From Thermoproteus tenax Kra 1 (lineage in GTDB: Archaea; Thermoproteota; Thermoprotei; Thermoproteales; Thermoproteaceae): a DNA stretch of 32,000 bases. The stretch covers positions 120,001-152,000 of the forward strand of contig NC_016070.1 of the NCBI RefSeq assembly GCF_000253055.1, read 5' to 3'. The notes under the pieces were generated by a model. That model worked only from the letters and a program-made list of their open reading frames with translations, did not search any database and was not told the origin of the DNA. The position numbers and the translations under genes were made by a program. The number at the start of each line of letters is the position of its first letter. Position 1 is the stretch's first letter. This document shows, piece by piece, positions 9,814-18,116 of this stretch.

Positions 9814-10967
9814 GCGAGCGCGAGCAGAGGCTCCAAGAGCTCTTCTCCAACAGAGAGAGCAAGCCCGAGGCGCTCGCCGGAGTGCGCGTCGTAGAGATCT
9901 GCGGCACTAACTTCGGATGCAGGCTAGCCGGCTCGTTCCTATCGGAGCTGGGCGCAGAGGTATTGACGGTGCCCGATGAGGACGCCAAAAAGATAACTCC
10001 ATACGGCGCAACTATAAACGGAGTCGGCATACCCTATTTCGTTGAGAGCAGGGGCAAGAGGGAGGTAGATCTCGAGCATGTGAGAAGCATTCTGGGCGAG
10101 GTCGATATATTGATAGACGGCCTTCCGCCCGGGAGGCTATACTCGTTGGGCTTGGGATACCCGCAGCTGTCGGAGCGTTATCCCAAGCTGATATATGTCG
10201 CCATATCTCAGTTTGGCCACTACGGCAGAAAGGCCGAGGAGTACGCAGGGATGCCAGACGCAGATCTGACTGGGCAGGCATATAACGGATACATGGCCAT
10301 GTTGGGCAATCCATCGTTGCCGGAGCCCTATTCCTACCCCATCAGAGCCGGCATATGGCTGGCCTGGGCCTTCGCGGGCGCCGCGGGCGCCCTGGGCGCT
10401 CTAGCCGCCTACTGGGCCCGCATGAGGACCGGCCGGGGCCAGTTTGTGGACGTGGCGATAAACGAGGTACTCTCAGTGGATCATCCATATCAGATAGGCG
10501 CCCCCTTCGTGTTGGGCCGGGCGCGCCAGAGGTCGCCGACTATTGACGCAAACCTTCTTGTGACTTACACCACTGCGCGCGCCAAGGACAGCTTCGTGGC
10601 TCTGGCCACGGTGATCTGGCCTGAGATTGAGGCCTTCTTCGAGATTATTGGAAGGCCCGATCTCGCTGAGAGGTGGAAGAAGGCGTTGGAGGCCTGGGAG
10701 AAAGATCCCGGCGTCCTCAAGTCGTTGGAGTCCGAGGTATTCGCCGAGGTAGCCAAGTTCAGAGGAGAGGACCTAGTCAAAGCTAGCCGTGAGAAGGGCA
10801 GGCCGCCTATAGCCGTAGTGAAGAGCATAGAGTGGGTCTCCTCGCAGGAACACTGGAGGATAAGGGGCGCCGTCATGGAGTTAGAATGTGGGGGCAAGAG
10901 GATCCTCGTGCCGGGGACTCCCTTCATGATGTCTGAGACACCAGGCAGAGTGAAGCTGAAGTGCTAG
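9810..10967 (+). CDS. Class III CoA-transferase, subunit 2 (paralogue of the preceding gene)
   Basis: The track ORF opens at 9402, but the first 136 codons are an out-of-frame overlap with the previous gene. ATG 9810 overlaps that gene's stop (ATGA) and gives MSEREQ...LAGVRVVEICGTNFGCRLAGSFLSELGAEVLTV. DADLTGQAYNG is also present. Confidence 0.8.
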   Translation: MSEREQRLQELFSNRESKPEALAGVRVVEICGTNFGCRLAGSFLSELGAEVLTVPDEDAKKITPYGATINGVGIPYFVESRGKREVDLEHVRSILGEVDILIDGLPPGRLYSLGLGYPQLSERYPKLIYVAISQFGHYGRKAEEYAGMPDADLTGQAYNGYMAMLGNPSLPEPYSYPIRAGIWLAWAFAGAAGALGALAAYWARMRTGRGQFVDVAINEVLSVDHPYQIGAPFVLGRARQRSPTIDANLLVTYTTARAKDSFVALATVIWPEIEAFFEIIGRPDLAERWKKALEAWEKDPGVLKSLESEVFAEVAKFRGEDLVKASREKGRPPIAVVKSIEWVSSQEHWRIRGAVMELECGGKRILVPGTPFMMSETPGRVKLKC

Positions 10968-11070
10968 GCCCGTATTATCCATTGTCATGTAATAAAATTT
11001 TTAAATTCATTGAAAACGAATTTAAAAATATATAAAAATAAAAATTAAAAATATTGACAAAAATTAAATT
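10968..11070. promoter_or_regulatory. Extremely AT-rich, A-tract-rich spacer / promoter upstream of the class I CoA-transferase gene
   Basis: 103 nt with 16 G+C (~16%) by direct count. It has runs such as aatttttaaatt and ttaaaaatatataaaaataaaaattaaaaatattgacaaaaattaaatt. Confidence 0.55.
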
Positions 11071-12702
11071 ATGAACAAGTTTGTTGAGGCAAAACGCGCC
11101 GTGGGGAAAATAGGCGACGGCTCAGTCGTGGCTATATCGGGCTTCAACGCAACCACATCGCCGTTCTATATAATCGACGCGCTCTTAGAGCACTACCTGG
11201 AGCACGGGAGACCCCGCGACCTTTTCATAATATCAGACGCTCTGCCGGCTGTACCGGGCTTTGGCCTAGACAAGATCGGCCGATATATACTACAAGACCC
11301 TGGACAAAGGCTTGTGCGCGGCTTTCTACTACCTTTCTACGGCTGGTCGCCGTCTTTGCAGGAGGCGGTAGCTAGGAACTTAGTAGAGGCCTACACCTGG
11401 CCTATAGGCATCGTCACCAGATGGCTTAGAGACGTCGCAGCAGGATCGCCAGGCGTTTTGACCAGGATAGGGTTGGGCACTTTTATAGATCCCAGACAGG
11501 ACGGCGGCGCGTTGAACGACTTGGCGCGCGCGAAGAGAACCGCCAACGTGGAGTTAGTCGTGATAGAGGGGAGGGAGTATCTGCTCTATAAAGCGCCGAA
11601 GCCCAACGCGGCCATAATCAGAGCGACGACGGCCGACGAGCTCGGCAATCTCTCGATGGAGCGGGAGGCGATATTTGGGTCGGTCTTGGCTATGGCGCAG
11701 GCGGCAAAGGCTCATCCGAGCGGCATCGTAATCGCCCAAGTGCTTAGGGCAGTCTCTCTGGGCGAGCTACATCCTAAATCGGTCGTCGTTCCAGGCCCGC
11801 TCGTGGACTACCTCGTCGTATCGCCCAGAGGCAACGAGTCGCAACGCTACCACTGGCAGACATACAGCTTCGACTTCAACCCGATAATCAGCGGGGACTC
11901 CCCCTATAGAGTATTCTATGAGCCCCGCAGATTGGATCTAGACAAGGTTATAGCGAGGAGGGTTGTGTTAAAGATGGCGGAGCTCGTCGCCAAGTTGGGG
12001 AGGCCTATCATCGTCAACTTGGGCATAGGGATACCGGCCGTGGCGGCCGACGTTATAAGAGAGGAGGACATAGAAGAATTCATCCACATCACTGTGGAGT
12101 CAGGTCCGTGGGGCGGCTACGCCTTGACAGGCCCGGACTTCGGCGCCGCCATGGGCCACTACTCTGTGCTGCCCATGCCCGACCAGTTCCTGTTGTACGA
12201 GGGCGGCGCAATAGATGCCACCTCCCTCGGCTTTCTCGAAGTGGACAAGGAAGGCAACGTCAATCCGGCGTTTATCCCTGGCAGAATGACCGGCCCCGGC
12301 GGTTTCCCTGTCATCGCGGTCGGCTCCCCGAGGGTATATTTTGCAGGCGAGTTCACTGCCGGCAAAAGAGAAATTACAATAGATAAATGTAAATTACAGA
12401 TAAAACTTGATGGAAATATAACTAAATTTATACAAAGAGTCTATAAAATTGTATTTAGTGGAAGATACGCAATAGAGGAGGGCAAGGAGGTGTTTTTCTT
12501 CACGGAGAGGGCGACCTTCAGTTTAACCCCGAGAGGTCTAAAGCTATTGGACATTGCGCCTGGCGTGGACTTAGATCGCGACGTGTTGGGGAAGATGGGC
12601 TTTGTTCCTGTGATGGACAAAATTGAGTCTATGCCGGAGGAGGTATTCTGCGACAGAAAGCTGGGGCTCAGAGAGGAACTGCTCAGAGCTCTGAGAAGAT
12701 AG
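11071..12702 (+). CDS. Class I acyl-CoA:acetate/3-ketoacid CoA-transferase, fused alpha-beta (YdiF-like)
   Basis: 543 aa. The N-terminus AKRAVGKIGDGSVVAISGF and the C-terminal half (...KFIQRVYKIVFSGRYAIEEGKEVFFFTERATFSLTPRGLKLLDIAPGVDLDRDV) are collinear with the fused YdiF-type enzymes as I recall them. Confidence 0.75.
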   Translation: MNKFVEAKRAVGKIGDGSVVAISGFNATTSPFYIIDALLEHYLEHGRPRDLFIISDALPAVPGFGLDKIGRYILQDPGQRLVRGFLLPFYGWSPSLQEAVARNLVEAYTWPIGIVTRWLRDVAAGSPGVLTRIGLGTFIDPRQDGGALNDLARAKRTANVELVVIEGREYLLYKAPKPNAAIIRATTADELGNLSMEREAIFGSVLAMAQAAKAHPSGIVIAQVLRAVSLGELHPKSVVVPGPLVDYLVVSPRGNESQRYHWQTYSFDFNPIISGDSPYRVFYEPRRLDLDKVIARRVVLKMAELVAKLGRPIIVNLGIGIPAVAADVIREEDIEEFIHITVESGPWGGYALTGPDFGAAMGHYSVLPMPDQFLLYEGGAIDATSLGFLEVDKEGNVNPAFIPGRMTGPGGFPVIAVGSPRVYFAGEFTAGKREITIDKCKLQIKLDGNITKFIQRVYKIVFSGRYAIEEGKEVFFFTERATFSLTPRGLKLLDIAPGVDLDRDVLGKMGFVPVMDKIESMPEEVFCDRKLGLREELLRALRR

Positions 12703-12728
12703 CTATAATTACACAGTCTTTTGGAGGC

Positions 12729-14240
12729 GTGGCGAGACACGTGAGACTAATGGGCTTGCTGACGTCAATGGCGACTCTTGCCGTGAGCCTCTTGTACAAT
12801 ATAGCGATAACCCGAAAGCTTCACATAGAGGAGCTCGGCCTCCTCACATTGCTCAATGCGTCCACGGCCTTCTCTCTGCTTCCCAACGCCGTACTCTCCT
12901 TTGCGTTGCCCCGCATAGCCGCGAGGGATGGAGGTTTAAACGTGAGGGCGGCTCTGGCGTCGTCTACAGCGTTCTTCGCAGGCTCCGCCGCTTTAACTAT
13001 AGTGTATCTGGCTGCTACGTGGGGAAAGATGGGCGTCTATGCGCCGTTAGTGCTCTCAGTGGCTCTAGCGACGGAGCTCGTGACCTATCTATCGTCTGTG
13101 GCCGCCTCGATCCTCATGGTCAGAGATAGAGGCCGCTTCGTGTTCAGCAATTTGTTGCAAGCCGTCTCAAAGCTTGTAGCCATAGGGGCGATCTCTCTAT
13201 TGAGGTGGTCCATTGAGGCAGTGCTCTGGAGCTCTGTAGCTATAACGGCCGTGCCGGCGCTATATGGCTTTTTCTATTCTCTAAGGTATCAAGCCCCCGG
13301 CTCTCTCAGAAGGTACTTGAGGGAAATAGCCAACGCATCGTGGGTGCCTCTGATGGGCTTCGCCGTGAACTCGTTCAGAGCCTTGGACGCCACAATAATG
13401 GGCCTCCTGGGGGCTCTGAACCAGCTGGGCCTCTGGTATCTGTTCTTCATTTTATCGAAGCCGTACTCCTTTTCGACGCTCCTTTCAAATATAACTTACG
13501 GCGAGCTCCTGAGCGGGAGGAAGGGCGGCCTCTACAAGGACTTCCTCATGGTGTTGGCGTTGAGCACGTCTCTATCGTTGTCGTATGTATTCTTTGAGCC
13601 AGTGTTCATAAACTTTCTGAGGCCCGGCGAGCCGCAATACGCTGCGCCGCTCCTAGCGCCGCTCGCCATCTGGGCCGCCGCCAACGTCCTGGGCAACGTG
13701 AACATGTTCATATCCAACGTGATGCAGGGGGTGGACAAAAGGGATATACAAGGCGGGGAGATAAGGGCGAGGGCCTATCTCGGATCCCTCGTCTTCTATA
13801 CACATGCGGCCGAGCTAGTCTTCACCGCAGTGTATCTGGGGTCCATAGTGCCCCTGGTGGAGCTGGCCAAGATGTTGGGGGCCGAGTACTACGCCATCGC
13901 TGGCGTAGTAGCCGCATCGCTGTTGGCCAACATCGCTGCGCTGGCCTTCAGAGCTCTATCCAGCGGCAGATCCGCCCTAGGCTTCATCACACTCGGGTCT
14001 CTGGTACAAGACTACGCCGTCCCCCTCGCTCTATCTCTATTGGCGTTGTACTTCGTATCAAGCGCCCTGCGCCTGCCGCTTGTCCCTTCGGCGTTGTTCT
14101 CGCTGGGCGAAATTATCTTGGCGGTCATCGTCGCCTCTGGAGTCTATATCGGGGCATCGCTCGCTCTATCTAAGACCTTCAGAGAGCTGACTCTGGCGGT
14201 CGCGAGAAACTTGTTCACAATATTGTCAAATATAAGGTGA
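12729..14240 (+). CDS. Multi-pass membrane protein, MOP/Wzx-type polysaccharide or oligosaccharide flippase family
   Basis: 503 aa, with 12 or more hydrophobic segments and the typical N-terminal pattern (LLYNIAITRKLHIEELGLLTLLNASTAF). The GTG start could instead be ATG 12750. Confidence 0.6.
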   Translation: MARHVRLMGLLTSMATLAVSLLYNIAITRKLHIEELGLLTLLNASTAFSLLPNAVLSFALPRIAARDGGLNVRAALASSTAFFAGSAALTIVYLAATWGKMGVYAPLVLSVALATELVTYLSSVAASILMVRDRGRFVFSNLLQAVSKLVAIGAISLLRWSIEAVLWSSVAITAVPALYGFFYSLRYQAPGSLRRYLREIANASWVPLMGFAVNSFRALDATIMGLLGALNQLGLWYLFFILSKPYSFSTLLSNITYGELLSGRKGGLYKDFLMVLALSTSLSLSYVFFEPVFINFLRPGEPQYAAPLLAPLAIWAAANVLGNVNMFISNVMQGVDKRDIQGGEIRARAYLGSLVFYTHAAELVFTAVYLGSIVPLVELAKMLGAEYYAIAGVVAASLLANIAALAFRALSSGRSALGFITLGSLVQDYAVPLALSLLALYFVSSALRLPLVPSALFSLGEIILAVIVASGVYIGASLALSKTFRELTLAVARNLFTILSNIR

Positions 14241-14255
14241 AGAGGAGGGCAAGAC

Positions 14256-15359
14256 GTGCTCCAATGTCTCAGATGTGGGTATAGGGGGAGCGGTCCCAAG
14301 AGGTGCCCCAGATGCGGCTTCCCCCTTATACCTGAGCCTCAAGGCAGATTCCGTATCGTCGAAGGAGAGCCCACCATATGGCGGTACGGGCCCACGTTGG
14401 GGGTGAGCAAGGGAGTGACGTTGGGCGAGGGGATGACGCCTCTGAGGAAGATAGGCGGCGTGGCGATAAAAGACGAGTCAAGAAACCCGACGGGCTCTAT
14501 AATGGACAGAGGCTCAGCCGTCTTGGCCTCAGTTTATCAAGGCGCCAGAGCCGCGGTCGCCTTCTCTGAGGATTTCACTCTGTCGATAGCCACCTACTTT
14601 TCGGCCCGGGGAATCACCGTGGAGGTATATATGGACCCTACGTCGGCAAACTACGCAGACTTTATCCTTTTGGCGAGTCTGCCGAACGTCGAAATACGCT
14701 TCGGCGTAGCTCCTAAGGTCGATGTGGAGTACGGCGAGCCCTACTTTCTGGCCGGCATAAAGACGTTGGCTTACGAGCTCTTCGAGGGAGCGAGGAAGAT
14801 GGAGGCCGTGGCGGTCCCCCTCGAGAGAGGCTATATAGCTCTAGCTATATATCAAGCGTTTAGAGAGCTTGAGGAGGAGGGCTACACAGCTCCGAGGCTC
14901 TTGTTGGCGAAATACAGAGAGGCCTCCGTCTCGGAGATAGCCCGGTGGCTCATCGATAAAGGCGCCGAACTCATCGAGGTCGACTCAGTGGACGCAGTGA
15001 GAGCCGCCGTAGAGCTCGCGAGGGAGGGCATCTATGCGAAACCGCTGTCGGCGATGGCGTATGTGGCCGCGGCCCAAGAGAAGAACGCCGTAGCCGTCAT
15101 AACGGGGACTGGGCTCAGGAGGCCCTATCTGCCGAGGAGGGGCGAGTTGGGCGGCCTTCAGGCGCAGATAATAGAGGTTCTCAGAAGGAGGGGCGAGATG
15201 ACGGCCTACCAGATATGGGACGCCTTGGGCAGAAGACCCACGCTTCGCGGGGTATATAAGGCGTTGAGCTCCCTCGCGGCGAGAGGGATTGTCGCACAGT
15301 CCTATCAAATCGAGGGGAAAAGGAGGATCAAAAGATTTAAACTGAATTCGGGAAAATAG
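14256..15359 (+). CDS. Threonine-synthase-like (PLP fold type II) protein lacking the catalytic lysine, with an N-terminal zinc ribbon and a C-terminal winged-helix domain
   Basis: 367 aa. The zinc ribbon is CLRCG-x10-CPRCG. GEGMTPL and KDESRNPTGSIMDRG correspond to the ThrC motif NPTGSFKDRG with K replaced by M. The C-terminal GEMTAYQIWDALGRRPTLRGVYKALSSLAARGIVAQSYQIEGKRRIKRFKL resembles a wHTH. The gene starts 15 nt after the flippase gene. Confidence 0.7.
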   Translation: MLQCLRCGYRGSGPKRCPRCGFPLIPEPQGRFRIVEGEPTIWRYGPTLGVSKGVTLGEGMTPLRKIGGVAIKDESRNPTGSIMDRGSAVLASVYQGARAAVAFSEDFTLSIATYFSARGITVEVYMDPTSANYADFILLASLPNVEIRFGVAPKVDVEYGEPYFLAGIKTLAYELFEGARKMEAVAVPLERGYIALAIYQAFRELEEEGYTAPRLLLAKYREASVSEIARWLIDKGAELIEVDSVDAVRAAVELAREGIYAKPLSAMAYVAAAQEKNAVAVITGTGLRRPYLPRRGELGGLQAQIIEVLRRRGEMTAYQIWDALGRRPTLRGVYKALSSLAARGIVAQSYQIEGKRRIKRFKLNSGK

Positions 15360-15450
15360 TATATTGCATTCGAAAGAGATTCAACTATCATTAGGAATAT
15401 GTCCCAAATTCGTCGAAGAAAAGATTAAATAACACAACAACATTGGGAGT

Positions 15451-16827
15451 ATGCCGGATCCACTAGATCTCGAACTAGCCAGATTAGTGAGTGCCGTAGG
15501 CGTCTTGGCTCACCTCTCTCTGGCCTCCTCGTTTCTTGGCGCAATAGGCCTCGCAGTTATCGCCGAGTATCTATGGCTGAGGAGGCGCGACGAGGATTGG
15601 CTAAACTTGGCCAAGCGGTTTAACATCATCGCCACTATATTCTTCGGAGTAGGCGCTGCGTTCGGCACTCTGGTCGAGTTCGGCCTTGTGACAATCTGGT
15701 CCAACTTCATCGCCATAATAGGCACCGCCATAGCCCTTCCCTTCTTCCTGGAGCTCTTCGCGTTCCTCTTCGAGGTAGTGTTCCTGCCGCTCTACACGTT
15801 CACGTGGGGCCGCATCAAGAACCCGTGGCTACACTGGTTTATAGGCATCCTGGCCGCGTTCGGCGGATACTACTCGGCCTACAACATCTTGGCAGTTATG
15901 TCGTCGTTGAGCATCGCCCCGCCTGGCCTCCAGATAGTGAATCTGGCTGCGCAGGGCAAGAGCATCGCAGGGGCTATAACCTATCTGGCGACTTTCCAGA
16001 ACCCGGCGGACGCCTGGAACATATTCTGGTGGGGCGCCAACGTGTTCATATTCCACGGCATCCTGGCCGCGGTTATCCTCAGTTGGTCCGGCGTGGCGGG
16101 CGTAGTGCTCTATCTATACCTCAAGGAGAGGAAGGCGTGGCAGTATAAGCTTCTGAGGTTGGTCGTGCCCAGCGTGGCCGTATTGACCGCGATAGAGGGG
16201 TTCGTCCTAGGCCACTTGCAAGGCGAGCTGGTGTTGGAGCATGATCCTCTTAAGTTGGCCGCTCTCGAGGGCATGTTCTGGAGTGGCCTCAAGACTGACC
16301 CACTGACTGGATTAGTGGCCTATGGAAACCCCAACGCCCAGTTCTGGGGATACTACTCTTGGCCGGCCGACATAAGGCCGCCCGACTTCGTCTACATCTT
16401 CTACCTCGGCTTCATGGTAGGCGCCGGCATTCTCTTGGGCATTCTAACGGCCGGCATCGGCCTCTACTTCCTACGGGGCGAGGAGAAATGCAAGCTGACT
16501 CCCATAGTTAAGCCGTTGCTCAGACCTGCGGTGGCTATAATACCCATACTTGCAGCTCTTGCATCCATAGGCGGGGCCGTCTCGGCGGAGACCGGGCGCT
16601 ATCCCTTTATACTGGTGCAGACCGTGAGCGGGACCGACGGGCCGCCCATGATAACGGGCGTTCCAGTAGGCCCCGGAGGGCTGTTCAACCCCACTCTGCA
16701 GCTCTCGCCGGCTCTCGCCGCGCTCATAATACTCGTTGAGGTTGCCATGCCGGCGTTGGCAGGCTATATGGTGTATTTAGCTATGGCCAAGCCTCCCAAG
16801 ATACTCAAGAGGGTGATAGAGTATTGA
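15451..16827 (+). CDS. cydA: Cytochrome bd-family oxygen reductase subunit I
   Basis: 458 aa. It has an N-terminal His (AHLSL), LAKRFNIIATIFFGVGAAFGTLVEFGLVTIWSNF, KLAALEGMFWSG and GRYPFIL. A TATA-like aagattaaataac lies ~25 nt upstream of the ATG. Confidence 0.85.
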   Translation: MPDPLDLELARLVSAVGVLAHLSLASSFLGAIGLAVIAEYLWLRRRDEDWLNLAKRFNIIATIFFGVGAAFGTLVEFGLVTIWSNFIAIIGTAIALPFFLELFAFLFEVVFLPLYTFTWGRIKNPWLHWFIGILAAFGGYYSAYNILAVMSSLSIAPPGLQIVNLAAQGKSIAGAITYLATFQNPADAWNIFWWGANVFIFHGILAAVILSWSGVAGVVLYLYLKERKAWQYKLLRLVVPSVAVLTAIEGFVLGHLQGELVLEHDPLKLAALEGMFWSGLKTDPLTGLVAYGNPNAQFWGYYSWPADIRPPDFVYIFYLGFMVGAGILLGILTAGIGLYFLRGEEKCKLTPIVKPLLRPAVAIIPILAALASIGGAVSAETGRYPFILVQTVSGTDGPPMITGVPVGPGGLFNPTLQLSPALAALIILVEVAMPALAGYMVYLAMAKPPKILKRVIEY

Positions 16828-16828
16828 T

Positions 16829-18097
16829 ATGGAGACTCTGACCGCTCTGACGGTCGGCCTAATCGCTTGGTCGTTCGCAGTGCATCTGCCGCTGGTGTAT
16901 ACAGTCCTTGGCCTTGTGTGGCTTCTCCCAACCCTGGAAGTATTGGGCATTAAGAAAAACAACGATAGATACTTCGAGATAGCCAAGAGGTTGTCCCGCT
17001 ACCTTATATTTATTTATGCCATAGGCGGCCTCTTCGGGACCATAATCACGGTATTCCTCGCGGGCCTTATGCCCATATTCACCAACGCAGCCGGAGTGCT
17101 CCTGTGGCCCGTGTGGGGCGTGGCGATAGTATTCGGCGTCGCCATATCCCTTCCGCTCATCGGCTTCTACTACCGCTCCTTCGGAAAGATGGACGATGCA
17201 AAACACGCGGCGCTGGGCTATGTGTTGGCCATCTTCACCTCGATAATACCTGCGATGTTCAGGCTCGTGTTCGCCTTCATAAACTACCCCGTAGGCGTCG
17301 TAGTTAAGCCGGACCCCAACTCTGTCATCGGCTTCGACCTAGGCGCCGATCTAGGACAGGCGTTGACTAACCCCACGTATCCGCCTCTATTGATAGCTAC
17401 GTTGACCGGCGCGGTGGCCTTCACAGCCACCTTGATATCCGCCGTATACACCTGGCGCTATGCTAAGACAAAGGACGAGATATACAAGCTCGGCAAGGAG
17501 TTCTTCGCCAAAGCTGCTCTGATACTGGGCGTGATATACGTCTTGTCGGCCGTATGGTACCTCTACGAGGTCTATCAGTACAGCCCCACTGTGGCTTGGT
17601 CCATCTTCGGCTCGCCGCCCTCTTACCTCCCATCGAGCCTACAGCCCGTATATCAGCCCGACTTGAACCTCAGCTGGCTGTTCTACCTGAATATTGTATT
17701 GGGAGTAATAGTCTTGATACATTTGGCTCTCGCCCTCCGCTCCTCCAACGCGCCTCTGGCAATGTTGGCCTTCTTGGCCGTTATTGCGTTGATGGACGGC
17801 GCAGAGGTGTTGAACGGCCTCGCCCATCTGCCCTATGCAATAGTCCCCTCGCCGCCCATCGCCCTAGCTCTAGTGAACTCCTACGGCGTCAACTTCGCGT
17901 TGCAAGTGGCCAATACGCTTAAGGTCTCGACGCTGATAACTCCATCGCTCAACTCGTTGGTACAGTTGATGGGCCAAGAGCCTTGGCTTCTGGGCTTCTC
18001 GTTGGCCATGTTTGTACTGTTCAACGTCGTGTTGCTCGCAGGAGTATACTACGTGTTTGCTCTGAGGCCGCAACAGACACCCCAAACTCCTAAATAA
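16829..18097 (+). CDS. CydA-like second subunit of a bd-family oxidase (CydA' type, replacing canonical CydB)
   Basis: 422 aa polytopic membrane protein, starting 1 nt after the cydA stop. Its N-terminus aligns without gaps to CydA: VHLPLVYTVLG...LEVLGIKKNNDRYFEIAKRLSRYLIFIYAIGGLFGTII versus AHLSLASSFLG...AEYLWLRRRDEDWLNLAKRFNIIATIFFGVGAAFGTLV. Confidence 0.7.
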   Translation: METLTALTVGLIAWSFAVHLPLVYTVLGLVWLLPTLEVLGIKKNNDRYFEIAKRLSRYLIFIYAIGGLFGTIITVFLAGLMPIFTNAAGVLLWPVWGVAIVFGVAISLPLIGFYYRSFGKMDDAKHAALGYVLAIFTSIIPAMFRLVFAFINYPVGVVVKPDPNSVIGFDLGADLGQALTNPTYPPLLIATLTGAVAFTATLISAVYTWRYAKTKDEIYKLGKEFFAKAALILGVIYVLSAVWYLYEVYQYSPTVAWSIFGSPPSYLPSSLQPVYQPDLNLSWLFYLNIVLGVIVLIHLALALRSSNAPLAMLAFLAVIALMDGAEVLNGLAHLPYAIVPSPPIALALVNSYGVNFALQVANTLKVSTLITPSLNSLVQLMGQEPWLLGFSLAMFVLFNVVLLAGVYYVFALRPQQTPQTPK

Positions 18098-18116
18098 TCT
18101 CCCCTTTTTCCTCTTA

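Noticed and set aside
10968-11070. Helically phased A-tracts (intrinsic bend) in the AT-rich spacer
   Set aside because: A-tract starts at about 11024, 11034, 11040, 11047 and 11059 give spacings of 10, 6, 7 and 12 nt. This is not a consistent ~10.5-nt phase, so I report only AT-richness.
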